Under the pieces are notes generated by a model, which was not told the DNA's origin, searched no databases, and was given only the letters and a program-made list of their open reading frames with translations. From Patescibacteria group bacterium (lineage in GTDB: Bacteria; Patescibacteriota; Patescibacteriia; Patescibacteriales; UBA12465), in the NCBI GenBank assembly GCA_049317985.1, contig JBMOHF010000002.1, positions 29,752 to 93,751 of the forward strand: a DNA stretch of 64,000 nucleotides. Reading direction: 5' to 3'. The translations under genes and the position numbers were made by a program. How positions within the stretch are numbered: the stretch's first letter is position 1; the number at the start of each line of letters is the position of its first letter. Of this stretch, positions 29,323 through 40,321 are shown piece after piece.

Positions 29323-30117
29323 ATGATTTCCATTATTATTTCGACCTACCGTGAAGAACACTATCAGAAAATAGCGAAAAATATAAAAGAAACTATTGGG
29401 CAAGATTTTGAAATAATTCCGATAGAAAATAAAGGGACCTACTCAATCGCTGAGGCCTATAATCTTGGTGCGCAAAAAGCTCGTTACCCATTCCTTTGTT
29501 TTGTGCATGAAGACATTGTTTTCCAAACAAATAACTGGGGTCAAATATTGTTAAAAATAATGGATGGTAACAATAAAATTGGCCTCATTGGTGTCGCCGG
29601 GACAAAACTCATAACTAAATATTCGCTCGGTTGGCACAGCTCTATTTGTGCGAAAAAATTTCTGAGAGGTCAATTAAACCAAGGTAAAAACTCTTACGAA
29701 GAGGGTTACTATGAAAACTTTTTTCCTGACGGACCTCCAATAGATAAAGTTACTAGTCTCGATGGCATTTTTTTATTTACCAAGAAAGAAATTTGGCAGA
29801 ACAACAATTTTGATGAAAAAATTATTAAAGGATTCCATGGATATGACCTTGACTTCTCTCTTCAGGTTGTAAACCGGGGCTACGAAGCAGTGATCACAAA
29901 AGATATTTTACTACACCACTACTCTTATTTGGGAAAAATAAATAAAGACTGGTTCGAAACAAACAAAAGAATTTTAAAAAAATGGAAACAAATTCTACCA
30001 AAAACCACGGACGATCTCAGATTAAATAAATTATTACTTTGCAAAATCAATATTTTATTTTTTATTAGATATTTGAAATATCAAATAAAGTTTTTTGGTA
30101 AAAAAGAGAATAATTAG
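29323..30117 (+). CDS. Glycosyltransferase family 2-like protein
   Basis: MISIIIS, AYN.G, FVHED, LDG, FDE and FHGYD.D motifs. Confidence 0.85.
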   Translation: MISIIISTYREEHYQKIAKNIKETIGQDFEIIPIENKGTYSIAEAYNLGAQKARYPFLCFVHEDIVFQTNNWGQILLKIMDGNNKIGLIGVAGTKLITKYSLGWHSSICAKKFLRGQLNQGKNSYEEGYYENFFPDGPPIDKVTSLDGIFLFTKKEIWQNNNFDEKIIKGFHGYDLDFSLQVVNRGYEAVITKDILLHHYSYLGKINKDWFETNKRILKKWKQILPKTTDDLRLNKLLLCKINILFFIRYLKYQIKFFGKKENN

Positions 30118-30128
30118 CTTAAAGAGGT

Positions 30129-31004
30129 ATGACTATTACTGCTATTATCTTAAATTACAAGAATTACAAGGACGTTTGTGCCTGCATCGCTTCCCTGGAG
30201 AACCAAGTTATTCCAACAAATTTTAATTTGCAAATTTTAATAATTGATAATAACTCAGAAGATGGTTGCACTGAGAAATTACAAAAAAAATTTCCCAATC
30301 ATCAATTTATTTTCAACAAAAAAAATCTTGGTTTTTCTAAAGGGGTAAACCAAGGAATTGATTTTTGCTCCAAAGAAAGTGACTATTTTTTACTTGTTAA
30401 TAATGATGCCGAACTCGAAAAGAATTGTCTGGGCTCACTAATAGAATCTAGCGCAAACAAGTATTTAACCGGTCCAGTAATATTCTACAAAAATGAACCA
30501 AGGTTAGTGTGGCAGGGCGGAGGGTTCTTTTCAAAATTGAAAATGAATATCTCAGTGCCCGATAAAAATCAGACACTATTTTCAAAGTCCTTGCAGGAAG
30601 TTGATTATCTCTCAGGATGTATTTTATTGATACCAAAAAATCTTATCGAGTCAATTGGGAAATTTGATGAAAAATTTTTCTTTTACGGAGAAGATTTGGA
30701 CTATTGTTTGCGGGCAAAAAAATATGGCTTGAAAGTAATCTATAATCCGAATGCTCAATCTTGGCATAATATAAAAAGAGCGGCGGTCAGCCGCACTAGT
30801 CCTTTCGTTCTGGAAAATCTTGCCGTTAGCTACCAGTTAATAATAAAGAAACATTTTCCACGTTTGAGAATTTATGGTTTATTATTATTTGCCTTTCTTT
30901 ACACACCGTTTCGTCTTTACCAAGTAATTTCCGGAGGAAATAATTGGCTCAATATTCTTTCCTGGATTAAAGGTGGTTTAGCGGGCTGGAGAATGAAAAT
31001 ATAA
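30129..31004 (+). CDS. GT2 glycosyltransferase (rhamnosyltransferase-like)
   Basis: IILNY, DNNS.D, NLGF..G.N.G, NND and FDEKFFFYGEDLD motifs. Confidence 0.92.
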   Translation: MTITAIILNYKNYKDVCACIASLENQVIPTNFNLQILIIDNNSEDGCTEKLQKKFPNHQFIFNKKNLGFSKGVNQGIDFCSKESDYFLLVNNDAELEKNCLGSLIESSANKYLTGPVIFYKNEPRLVWQGGGFFSKLKMNISVPDKNQTLFSKSLQEVDYLSGCILLIPKNLIESIGKFDEKFFFYGEDLDYCLRAKKYGLKVIYNPNAQSWHNIKRAAVSRTSPFVLENLAVSYQLIIKKHFPRLRIYGLLLFAFLYTPFRLYQVISGGNNWLNILSWIKGGLAGWRMKI

Positions 31005-31011
31005 AATAAGT

Positions 31012-31797
31012 TTAAATTTTATCTTCAGATTTAAAGCGTTCAGATAATTTAGTCAGAATCTTTTTTAAAAAAGTAAAACGACTGGCATTATATATTTTGC
31101 GATTTTTTTTAATTACTCTCAAAACATCAGCTATCGCACCAAGCCGATGTTTACTCGCCTCATTGTCATTGTGCACTCGATATTTAATTAATACGTCTGG
31201 CAAATTATGCAACTGCCAGTTTTCACCTAGTCTTAACCATAAATCCAAATCTTCACCGAAACGAATTTTTTCGTCATATCCGCCCATTTTTTTTACAGAT
31301 TCCGCTCGATACATTACACTAGAATGAAAAAAAGGATTTTTGACAAAAAAATCTTTTTTTATATCTAAATCAAGTTCTGGTTTTATAATAACACCAACCT
31401 TTTCTCCAAGATCGTTGATGGTCATTGCGCTACTTCCCACAAGGGCTACTGTTGGATTATTTTCCAAAAAATCGAATTGTTTTTTCAGCTTCAAGGCATC
31501 ACACCAGATGTCATCACTATCTAAAATGGCGATGTATTTTCCGGTTGCATGAACCCAGGCCGCGTTTCTGACTTCGGAAATTGATTTACATTTATTTACT
31601 TTGAAATATTTAACCCGCTCATCGGATAAATATTTCTCTACCACTCCACTTGTTCCATCCGTCGAAGAGTCATCGATAATTATCAACTCAAAATCATTAA
31701 ATTCTTGCAATAAAACACTCTCAATTGCGTGAGTTAATAATTTTTCTCGATTATAGGTTACAATAACGACACTGACTGAAACTGACATATTTTTCAT
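31012..31797 (-). CDS. GT2 glycosyltransferase
   Basis: VSVVIVTYN, IDDSSTD, LDSDD and EDLDLWLR motifs. Confidence 0.92.
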   Translation of the reverse strand: MKNMSVSVSVVIVTYNREKLLTHAIESVLLQEFNDFELIIIDDSSTDGTSGVVEKYLSDERVKYFKVNKCKSISEVRNAAWVHATGKYIAILDSDDIWCDALKLKKQFDFLENNPTVALVGSSAMTINDLGEKVGVIIKPELDLDIKKDFFVKNPFFHSSVMYRAESVKKMGGYDEKIRFGEDLDLWLRLGENWQLHNLPDVLIKYRVHNDNEASKHRLGAIADVLRVIKKNRKIYNASRFTFLKKILTKLSERFKSEDKI

Positions 31798-31829
31798 TAA
31801 TATTTTAAATTTATGAAACAATTTCGACG

Positions 31830-32741
31830 CTATTTATAAATATATTGACTATATTTTTCTTGATTATCAAAAATAAACTTCGGATAAGTAGAATCAAGTT
31901 CTATGTAGGTAATTCTCTCTTTTCCCCCAAACACATCCTCTCCGCTTGTTATCCTTTCCTTTATATAACTAACATTTGTATATTCTGGCTGATCAAACTC
32001 AGAATGAGCGAATGATTTTATTTTATTAATTATTCCCTCCGGACTCAGCAAATATGAAAAATGCCAACCTCCGTTAATTATAACTGTGTCGGCCATGCTA
32101 ATTCTTACCTGTTGAGGACTAGCATTGTATTGACCGACTAAATTTTTAAACAAGATCGCTCTTGTGCCAAACCAATGGTCATGCTCAAAACCATTTAAAT
32201 AATAATAATAAATATTTTGTTGAAACATAACAAGACATTTACTTTTCACTGGGAAATGGTTTATTACCCTTGTAACTAGCTTTGCCAAACCATTACCACT
32301 TCTCAAACTATTAAGATAATTCCTAATGCTGATGTAAAAATTGTAAAAATAATCACTTTTACTGTTAGCAATTAAACTAGATTTTATATTTTCAATATGT
32401 TCCAAATTTGGTATTTCGTCTAAATCTGAAATCAATATAATATCATCTTTCCCGCAATCTAAAAGACCTCTCATTACGGCATTTCTCTGGAAATTCTCCA
32501 ATATCCATCGATCACTGCCATCGATTACTGGCATATCACGAACAACAATATGTATTATTTTTTTTGAAAACTTAGAGAATCTTTCTTTATTCATCTCAAA
32601 AAATAGCTCCTTATCTTTGCCGCTATGCGTGCTAGTCGCCTCGACAATAACAAAATAGTCAACATCTTTATCGAGAATGTTTAATCTCATCTCGAGCAAA
32701 TCCAACTCATTAAAAAATGTGAAGCAATCATAAATTTTCAT
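31830..32741 (-). CDS. GT17 family (beta-1,4-N-acetylglucosaminyltransferase-like) glycosyltransferase
   Basis: KIYDCFTFFNELDLL, E.FQRN, SDLDEIP, GGWHFSY and KIKSFAHSE motifs. Confidence 0.88.
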   Translation of the reverse strand: MKIYDCFTFFNELDLLEMRLNILDKDVDYFVIVEATSTHSGKDKELFFEMNKERFSKFSKKIIHIVVRDMPVIDGSDRWILENFQRNAVMRGLLDCGKDDIILISDLDEIPNLEHIENIKSSLIANSKSDYFYNFYISIRNYLNSLRSGNGLAKLVTRVINHFPVKSKCLVMFQQNIYYYYLNGFEHDHWFGTRAILFKNLVGQYNASPQQVRISMADTVIINGGWHFSYLLSPEGIINKIKSFAHSEFDQPEYTNVSYIKERITSGEDVFGGKERITYIELDSTYPKFIFDNQEKYSQYIYK

Positions 32742-32745
32742 ATTT

Positions 32746-33390
32746 TTATTTCGGTTTAACAACACATGCGAATTGAATATATCTGGTGTCAGAGAAAAAA
32801 CCAAATGTTAAAATATTTATTGGAAAAAATTGCCACCATTTAGTTCCGTTGATTCCCTCAATTTTCTCCACCTGATAATCGAGATCTTCGAACATATCAA
32901 CCATGCTTTTTTTTGTAAAAAATCTTAAATGAGTTTTATCTAAAATACCAGACTCTTCATACTTCCACTGTTTTTTAAACAACAGATCTCTTAATACCCT
33001 AACATGTCTCACGTTAGGGATAGAACAGACAACGACACCAGAGGGACTCAGTTTTGTTTTTATTTTTTCTAAAACACGGTAGGGATTTTCCATGTGTTCC
33101 AAGACATCGTTAAAGACAATGCAATCAAAATAATTATTTGGGATACTGTCTAATAGCTCGAAAACGTCACCCACCAATACCTTGTTGATATTGTTTTTGG
33201 CAATCTCAGCAACCTCTTTGTTTATTTCCACACCCCAAGATTCGAAATCACTTTTTTTATTCAGCGATGCAACAAATAAACCCTCCCCACAACCAACATC
33301 AAGAATATTCTTTGCCTTAGTCGGAACAAACTTTAACATTTCTGGCCGGGCATATGAATAATATTTTTTTGTTTTTTTAAAATCTTCCAT
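32746..33390 (-). CDS. Class I SAM-dependent methyltransferase
   Basis: LDVGCGEG, DVLEH and GILDKTHLRFFT motifs. Confidence 0.92.
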   Translation of the reverse strand: MEDFKKTKKYYSYARPEMLKFVPTKAKNILDVGCGEGLFVASLNKKSDFESWGVEINKEVAEIAKNNINKVLVGDVFELLDSIPNNYFDCIVFNDVLEHMENPYRVLEKIKTKLSPSGVVVCSIPNVRHVRVLRDLLFKKQWKYEESGILDKTHLRFFTKKSMVDMFEDLDYQVEKIEGINGTKWWQFFPINILTFGFFSDTRYIQFACVVKPK

Positions 33391-33396
33391 AATTAT

Positions 33397-34650
33397 TTAA
33401 ATAATAGATTTACGAAATAACTTATTAAAAATTTTTTTGCATAGAATTTTTGTGGGATACTGATAGGCTGTCAATCTTCTAAAAAATAGTGAATTTGTTT
33501 TTAGCAACAAAACTGTTAATAAATTAGTTTTATCAAAAGTATCTTTAGCGATAGTGTTAATTTTATCAGAAACGACGATTTTACTAAAATTTCTGTCAAT
33601 ATCAGATAAGCTGCTGATAGCCTGATTAGCCACTTCAAGGTAATTATATTTTTCATAAATATAATCGCGGCCAGATTTTTTCATCTTATTTTTGCTGTCG
33701 CTCGTCAAGTAATGCTCCACCGCAGTTACAATACCCTTTGAACTATTTACTACATATCCCCCTCTTAAATTTCCAACAACTTCGCACTGGCTATTATCTC
33801 CCCAGGGAGTACTTAGTGTTATTACTGGAGTTCCGCATAAAATAGATTCCGCGAGAACATAACCAAAGCTTTCACCAATTTCTGCGGTATGAATCATTAA
33901 ATCAAAAGAAGAGTATGCGATGGAAAGGCCATTATCACCATACAAGATTGGGATATGGATAACTCTTTCTTTAAAAGGAGATTTTGTAATCTCTTCTAAA
34001 ATATTATCCGGGGGATTAACTACGACTAGAAATAACTTTTTATGGTCCTTCGCTAATTTATTAAATGAATCAATCAACATTATTGACCACTTTCCAGGAC
34101 AAGACTGACCGATTCTGCCAATAACGAAGGCCTCTCCCGGAATTCCATAAGCGTCTTTAAAAGTCTTTATTTCCGCATGACTTCTTGGATAAAAATTTTC
34201 ACAGATGACTGGATTTGGAACGATCGCAGCCTTGGACCTTCTACCTCCTCTCAAATTATATAGCCATAGCGCCCACCAACTAAATTGAAAACTAACATCA
34301 ACTCTAGAAGCCCAAGGTGATGGCGTCGAAAAAACATTTTGCTCTACTACTTTAACGTCATTTTTTTTAAAAACATCAAATACTTTGTTAACATCCGTCT
34401 CCTTAAGCCCATGGGAATGCAGGTGGATAATATCTGGCCTCCACACTTTTATTTCCTCAATATTCTTATCAGTAATTCCATCCCATATTTGAATATTTCC
34501 TCTCATCTCGGCGCTCCTTGAGCCAAGCCCGTACAGGGAAAGCACGCGCGAGTCATAACCATTCTTTTGATAAGCCGTAGCAAAAACTTGAGCAGCTCTT
34601 TGAGTGCCACCCTTATCTAAATCATAAATTATGGTTAATATTTTTTTCAT
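33397..34650 (-). CDS. GT4 glycosyltransferase
   Basis: GGTQR and ESFGYVLAESILCGTPVI motifs. Confidence 0.88.
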   Translation of the reverse strand: MKKILTIIYDLDKGGTQRAAQVFATAYQKNGYDSRVLSLYGLGSRSAEMRGNIQIWDGITDKNIEEIKVWRPDIIHLHSHGLKETDVNKVFDVFKKNDVKVVEQNVFSTPSPWASRVDVSFQFSWWALWLYNLRGGRRSKAAIVPNPVICENFYPRSHAEIKTFKDAYGIPGEAFVIGRIGQSCPGKWSIMLIDSFNKLAKDHKKLFLVVVNPPDNILEEITKSPFKERVIHIPILYGDNGLSIAYSSFDLMIHTAEIGESFGYVLAESILCGTPVITLSTPWGDNSQCEVVGNLRGGYVVNSSKGIVTAVEHYLTSDSKNKMKKSGRDYIYEKYNYLEVANQAISSLSDIDRNFSKIVVSDKINTIAKDTFDKTNLLTVLLLKTNSLFFRRLTAYQYPTKILCKKIFNKLFRKSII

Positions 34651-34652
34651 TT

Positions 34653-35501
34653 TTATAACTTTTTTATTACAACAAAGAAAAAGGAGCCAAAATATTGAAA
34701 TCTGAAAAACTTTTTCATCCCAAGAAATCTTACAAATCCGTAAAACATGGCTCTTAAAGAATAGCGGTTTTTGTTCGACGATATTTCTTGGTAATTATAA
34801 GCATCCCACAAAGAATTTGCTTCCAACACTTGATATTTGTTTTTGTTACAGCTTAAGAATTTCACAAATGATGAGAGATTAGGCTCACAAAGAGTATCAT
34901 AATCGGATATATGGACGTCTAACGGTAATTCAATTGGAGTAACTAAGTCCCAACGAAAATTATTTTTAAAGTATTTTTTTGGCTTCAACTCTTTAATAAA
35001 TCTTGTAATCATTAAGCCTAAACGATTATTCTTATTACAAGGAGACTTTAATAAAGGGGAACCAAAATTTGGGCAGGCAATACAAATTAACCCGTTACTC
35101 TTTGTAACCCTATCCATCTCATTGAAGATCCCCAACGGATTCGAGAGATGTTCAAAGACAAAACTAGACACAGTTGTATCGAAAAATTTATCCGCAAAAG
35201 GAAAAGTATTACCGTTGTATTCAATAAACTCTCCGTTCTTGATATTTCTTTTTTGTGCCATCTCTAATCCAGTTTTTGATACGTCAATTCCCACAAAAGA
35301 ATCACATTCGTCTAATTTGTCAGAAATCTGTGCTAAAAGCCACCCCTCACCACAACCAACATCAAGAATTGATTTGGTGTTATTTTTTTTGAAATATTTA
35401 ACGAACCTTAAAAGGATTGGATCGTTTTTTGAAAGTTCGACTGGGTGGGTATCTTTTATCACGGCATAATACTCGTCTTTTTCCCAAATATTTTTATTCA
35501 T
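34653..35501 (-). CDS. Class I SAM-dependent methyltransferase
   Basis: LDVGCGEG, GIDVS, FPFAD..FD and FEHL motifs. Confidence 0.9.
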   Translation of the reverse strand: MNKNIWEKDEYYAVIKDTHPVELSKNDPILLRFVKYFKKNNTKSILDVGCGEGWLLAQISDKLDECDSFVGIDVSKTGLEMAQKRNIKNGEFIEYNGNTFPFADKFFDTTVSSFVFEHLSNPLGIFNEMDRVTKSNGLICIACPNFGSPLLKSPCNKNNRLGLMITRFIKELKPKKYFKNNFRWDLVTPIELPLDVHISDYDTLCEPNLSSFVKFLSCNKNKYQVLEANSLWDAYNYQEISSNKNRYSLRAMFYGFVRFLGMKKFFRFQYFGSFFFVVIKKL

Positions 35502-35542
35502 ACAAATAATTTTCTATATTTATTTAAATAATTAATTACTAT

Positions 35543-36832
35543 TTAAATTTTTCTTCTAATTAAAAAGGTTGCCCCTGGAATAACGAAGCAAGAGATTAAA
35601 GTTGCAATAACTGCCCCGAGAAGGCCAAAACTTGGAATAAATATAAAATTTAAACCAACATTAACAACCATTGCAGAAAAATTTAACCAAAAAATTGTTT
35701 TTACTAAATTTTCAGACATCAAGTACTGGTTTGCTGCCATTCCCAAAAAAACACCGATACTAGACCAGATATAAATTCTCAAAATATTGATTGATTCGAA
35801 AAAACTTGATCCAAACAAAGTGAGAACTATTGGTTTTGCTAGAAATGATATTGGTATTGCAAGCGCGACCGGAATGATAGTCATTAAAATATAAAATTTT
35901 CTCAAACGATTTTTATATAGTATTGCGCTAGTTTTCTTTGCATTAATAATAGCAGGAAGAAGCGACCCACAAATAATTCCTGGAATAAAATACCAAACTT
36001 CTACAAGTCGAACGGCCACCGCATACAAACCAACGGCGCGATTTCCCATAAATGCACCGACCATTATTTGATCAATTCTCAAATAAATAAACCCCGCCAC
36101 AGAAGCGAGCATTAAAGGCCAAGAATTTTTTAAGATTTCTTTTGCTAAGCTACGGTCAAAGTGCCAATTACTTATTTTTAATTTAGCACTTTTATAGGCC
36201 ACAAGAAATCCGATCCCCAACCAAATAGAATCGAGAACCGAAATTATTGCAATCCAAATTATACCTTTATGAAAAAATATTACTGAAATCTTAAGGATGG
36301 AGGAAACGATTGTGGCGACCAAAAGAGATTTGGTGTTATTTTTAGACTTTACTTCGGCTTGAAAATAAATACTAACAACGTTAATTGTTTGAATTATAAA
36401 AGAAAATGACAACAAAATTACTAGCAATCGCACCATAAAGCTAGTCGAAAAGATAATGACTGTTAAGGTGGAAAGGATGAAAGCAAATATTCCTCCAATA
36501 ATTTTTAGGCCGAATGCGGTCCCTAATAATTTATCTCTTCTTTCTGGAAATTTCACTAAATCCCTAGCTAAAATACCATCGACACCTAATGTGGCTATAA
36601 AAGAGAAAACCCCCACAAATGCTACGGCATAGCTCAGAACTCCGTAATTCTCTGGCCCCAAATACCTTGCTAGCCAAGCAACGATAAAAAATGAAACTAA
36701 CAACGAAAACATCTGTCCAAAAAACATCCAACCAGTGTTTGCAAAATAACGCTTAAAACCATCGTGGCTTAAAATCCAGCGATATTTCTGCGGCGTGATC
36801 TTTTCAATTGTCTGAAATAATTTATCTAACAT
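35543..36832 (-). CDS. wzx: Wzx-type polysaccharide flippase
   Basis: ARYLGPENYG, IY.RIDQIM and GLYAVA motifs; about 12 TMs. Confidence 0.92.
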   Translation of the reverse strand: MLDKLFQTIEKITPQKYRWILSHDGFKRYFANTGWMFFGQMFSLLVSFFIVAWLARYLGPENYGVLSYAVAFVGVFSFIATLGVDGILARDLVKFPERRDKLLGTAFGLKIIGGIFAFILSTLTVIIFSTSFMVRLLVILLSFSFIIQTINVVSIYFQAEVKSKNNTKSLLVATIVSSILKISVIFFHKGIIWIAIISVLDSIWLGIGFLVAYKSAKLKISNWHFDRSLAKEILKNSWPLMLASVAGFIYLRIDQIMVGAFMGNRAVGLYAVAVRLVEVWYFIPGIICGSLLPAIINAKKTSAILYKNRLRKFYILMTIIPVALAIPISFLAKPIVLTLFGSSFFESINILRIYIWSSIGVFLGMAANQYLMSENLVKTIFWLNFSAMVVNVGLNFIFIPSFGLLGAVIATLISCFVIPGATFLIRRKI

Positions 36833-36849
36833 TTTTATCTAATTTCTTC

Positions 36850-39099
36850 TTATATCTTCTCAAAAAAAGTTCGAGCTAACACCTCTTTTTGTTGTTCCGA
36901 AGATAACTTCACAAAATTAACGGCATAACCAGAAACTCGGATTGTGAGATTGGGATATTTCTCCGGATGAATCATTGCATCTTTCAGAGTCTCTTTATTC
37001 AAAACATTCACATTCAAATGATGTGCCCCCTTGGCAAAATAACCGTCCAATAAAGCAATAAGATTGGCTGTTCGCTCTTTCTCATTCCCTCCTAAAGTCT
37101 TGGGGGTAATCGAAAACGTATTAGAAACTCCATCGCGCGCCTGGCGATAATCTATTTTGGCGACCGAATTTAAGGAAGCAATTGCTCCATTCATTTCCCG
37201 CCCATGCATCGGATTGGCCCCAGGGGCAAACGCCTGTCCTGCCTTGCGGCCATCGGGAGTGGCACCGGTCTTTTTGCCATATACAACATTAGAAGTGATG
37301 GTAAGAACGGACAGGGTCGGAGTTGCACCTCGATAAATCAAATGTTTCCCGAGTTCACGATTAAATTCGCTAACCAGTTTTACTGCAATATCATCCACGA
37401 GTGTCTCATTATTCCCATACTTCGGGAAGTCACCGTTGATTTCAAAGTCTAACGTGATTCCCCGCTCATCACGAATCGGCACGACCTTGGCATATTTTAT
37501 CGCCGACAAAGAATCTGCCACGACCGATAACCCAGCCATTCCAAAAGCCATAATTCTCTTCACGTCCGTATCAATAAATGCCATCTGTGCCCTCTCATAA
37601 TAATATTTGTCGTGCATGGAGTGAATCACCCCCATCGTCTTCACGTATTCTTGTGCCAAAAAGCTAATTACTTTTTGGTAATTCTTCATTACTGCTTTAA
37701 AATCTAAAGTCTTCCCTGACAAAGGGATAACACCAGAGACAATACTTGAACCACAAATTTCATCGCGCCCCTCATTCAAAGACAGAAGCAAGGCTTTCGC
37801 TAAATTACAACGTGCCCCAAAATATTGCATTTCTCTCCCAATTCCTAATTTAGAAACACAACAACTAATGCCATAATCATCATCTTCACAAACCTCTCTC
37901 ATCAAATCATCGTTTTCATATTGCAAAGAAGAAGTTTCAATCGAAACTTTAGTGCAGAACTTCTTGAAATTTTCCGGTAAATCTTTGGACCAGAGAATCG
38001 TGAGATTTGGTTCGGGAGAATCTCCAAGATTATATAAAGTTTGCAGAAAGCGGTAGGAGGTTTTGGTTACTTTCGATTTTCCATCTGCCCACATTCCACC
38101 CAGAGATTCAGTGAGCCAAGTCGGATCGCCGGCAAACAGCTGATTATACTCCACGGTCCGCAAATGACGTACCAATCGTAATTTCATCACAAAATGATCC
38201 ACCAATTCCTGCGCTCCTTCTTCAGTGATGAGACCAGCTTTCAAATCTCTTTCAAGATAACAATCAAAAAAATTACTAACATTTCCCAGACTCATCGCCG
38301 CGCCATCTTGTTCTTTGAGTCCTGCTAAGAAAGCAAAATAGGTCCACTGTATGGCCTCTTTGGCGTTCTTGGCCGGCTTGGAGATATCGAAACCATGGGC
38401 TTCCGCCATTAACTTAATATCTTCCAGAGCTTTGATTTGGCTAGCCACTTCTTCTCGCAAACGAATAATTTCTTCACTTAATTCAGTGGCGTCAAGTTTC
38501 ACTTTATCATCGTTCTTATTGGCAATTAAATAGTCCAAACCAAACAAAGCCGCTCGACGATAATCGCCGATCAAACGTCCGCGCCCATAAGAATCTGGTA
38601 GACCAGTGAGTAGCCCCGTCCGTCTTAAAGTTCTCATCTCCTCGGTATAAACAGAAAAGACGGCATCACTGTGCGTTTGGCGGTAGTTATTAAAAATCTC
38701 TAATACTTTTTTCGATAATTTTACTTTATTTTCCTGACAAGCTTTTTCCACAACCCGAATACCACCATAGGGCTTGATAGCGCGTTTCAATGGTTCGTCG
38801 GTCTGCAAACCGACAATTAATTCTAGTTTTTTATCAATAAACCCTGGCCGATGGCTGGTGATGCTGGGAATCGTTTCCGCATCAATCTTCAACACGCCGC
38901 CATTTTTTCTTTCCTTAGCAATAATCTTCTGGCACTTTTCCCAGAGTTTTTTAGTTCGCAGGGTTGGGCCAACTAAAAAAGATGCTGAACCGGAATATGG
39001 TTTAGCATTTTGATAAACAAAAGAACGAACATCCAGCTTGTTGAGGATGATATCGTTTTTTTCAAAAGATGAAATATTATTGGGAGTTTTTTTTGGCAC
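36850..39099 (-). CDS. pflB: Formate C-acetyltransferase (pyruvate formate-lyase)
   Basis: [17 protein letters not shown], catalytic SCCVS and glycyl-radical loop IRVSGYAV. Start uncertain (GTG 39099 or TTG 39135). Confidence 0.95.
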   Translation of the reverse strand: MPKKTPNNISSFEKNDIILNKLDVRSFVYQNAKPYSGSASFLVGPTLRTKKLWEKCQKIIAKERKNGGVLKIDAETIPSITSHRPGFIDKKLELIVGLQTDEPLKRAIKPYGGIRVVEKACQENKVKLSKKVLEIFNNYRQTHSDAVFSVYTEEMRTLRRTGLLTGLPDSYGRGRLIGDYRRAALFGLDYLIANKNDDKVKLDATELSEEIIRLREEVASQIKALEDIKLMAEAHGFDISKPAKNAKEAIQWTYFAFLAGLKEQDGAAMSLGNVSNFFDCYLERDLKAGLITEEGAQELVDHFVMKLRLVRHLRTVEYNQLFAGDPTWLTESLGGMWADGKSKVTKTSYRFLQTLYNLGDSPEPNLTILWSKDLPENFKKFCTKVSIETSSLQYENDDLMREVCEDDDYGISCCVSKLGIGREMQYFGARCNLAKALLLSLNEGRDEICGSSIVSGVIPLSGKTLDFKAVMKNYQKVISFLAQEYVKTMGVIHSMHDKYYYERAQMAFIDTDVKRIMAFGMAGLSVVADSLSAIKYAKVVPIRDERGITLDFEINGDFPKYGNNETLVDDIAVKLVSEFNRELGKHLIYRGATPTLSVLTITSNVVYGKKTGATPDGRKAGQAFAPGANPMHGREMNGAIASLNSVAKIDYRQARDGVSNTFSITPKTLGGNEKERTANLIALLDGYFAKGAHHLNVNVLNKETLKDAMIHPEKYPNLTIRVSGYAVNFVKLSSEQQKEVLARTFFEKI

Positions 39100-39210
39100 T
39101 TTTTTAATGGTTAGGGTTAATCCAAATCTATGCAAATAAATGTGATTATTTCTTTAATATAAACAAATCAGCATTTTCAAATCTATGCAAAAAGAATTGA
39201 TATAAATTGC

Positions 39211-39819
39211 TTAATATTTAAGTCCTGACATCGAAAATTTTATTAAATCATCAAAATTCCCTTTATCTGCTTTATGAATAGCATCTATATACCGTGTCTC
39301 TTCGTTATTATTAGAGTTTACACTTAATCCGCCCCAAGAGAAAGCGGGTTTCTCAAAAATTTTTTCCATCATTGTGTCTGCCATTAGGCGAGAAAGACGT
39401 CCGTTGCCATTGGGGAATGGATGAATGAAAACTAAACGATGTTTAAATCTTATCGCTATTTCTGTTCCACTGAATGTTTTATTTTCCAACCAATACAAAC
39501 AATCATCAAATAATTTTTTTAATTCAACTGGAACGACACGCCAATCAATTCCAAGATTTGTATTTGATTTACGAAAAGTTCCCGCCCACAACCAAACAGA
39601 ACCAAACATTTTATAATGCAGATTTTTGAGAAATTTCTCACTCAAAAAAAGTTCTATGGAAATATTGCGCTTCATTAGCCAACTAATTGCCGTTTCAATA
39701 TTTTGCTGTTCAAATTCATTCAATTCTTGACGAGTTGCGATACTTTTTATTTTTAGACCTTCTTTTTCCTCCTCATTAAGAGTAGTGTGGTTTTCTTGGT
39801 TTGCTAAAATTAATCCCAT
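39211..39819 (-). CDS. Mobile mystery protein B (Fic domain)
   Basis: T.L...E.EGL....I.T..ELN..EQ.NI N-terminus, WAG.FR and Fic motif HPFPNGNGRLSR. Confidence 0.92.
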   Translation of the reverse strand: MGLILANQENHTTLNEEEKEGLKIKSIATRQELNEFEQQNIETAISWLMKRNISIELFLSEKFLKNLHYKMFGSVWLWAGTFRKSNTNLGIDWRVVPVELKKLFDDCLYWLENKTFSGTEIAIRFKHRLVFIHPFPNGNGRLSRLMADTMMEKIFEKPAFSWGGLSVNSNNNEETRYIDAIHKADKGNFDDLIKFSMSGLKY

Positions 39820-40271
39820 AAATATTTTGAATTCTTTTCTGCGATTTCCGCCGCCCGATCTTTAATTGCTTTTCTGAGTCTTGATTTTGAATTCGCTTGT
39901 TTTTCCAAGTTCATTGTCACATTAGTTCTTGATACAATATCTCTGGCGATTAAAAGAGCCCGCTCATTAATTATCTTTTCCAAACTTTTGCCTGGAGCAG
40001 AAAATCCATAAGTTAGTTTCAAGCCAAAAGCCCTGGCAACTTCATTTAAACTATTTAAAGAAATCCCTCCCTCTCTTTCTCTCTGCTCAATTTCACTCAC
40101 GCTTGACGTTGTAATCCCCATTATTTTTCCCAACTGCTCCATAGACATATCCAAGGCCATTCGGGTAGCATAAACCCACCCGTTAGAAGGAGTAAAAGAT
40201 TCAAGCTTATTAAAAGCCTTTATTTTTTTATCCAACTGCTCCAATTGAAGCTTTCTTTTTAGATTTTTCAT
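39810..40271 (-). CDS. Mobile mystery protein A (XRE-type HTH)
   Basis: QLD, P..GW...R.AL.MS..QLG, E..E..G.I and M.LE.Q motifs; overlaps partner gene B. Confidence 0.92.
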   Translation of the reverse strand: MKNLKRKLQLEQLDKKIKAFNKLESFTPSNGWVYATRMALDMSMEQLGKIMGITTSSVSEIEQREREGGISLNSLNEVARAFGLKLTYGFSAPGKSLEKIINERALLIARDIVSRTNVTMNLEKQANSKSRLRKAIKDRAAEIAEKNSKYLWD

Positions 40272-40321
40272 AAGGTTATACCCTTAAAAAATTAACATAA
40301 ATTTAAGGTTATACCCTTAAA
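40271..40321. promoter_or_regulatory. Tandem near-palindromic operator pair upstream of mobile mystery protein A
   Basis: TAAGGTTATACCCTTAAA at 40271-40288 and 40304-40321; TTGACA/TATAAT promoter at ~40369-40397 on the minus strand. Confidence 0.7.
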
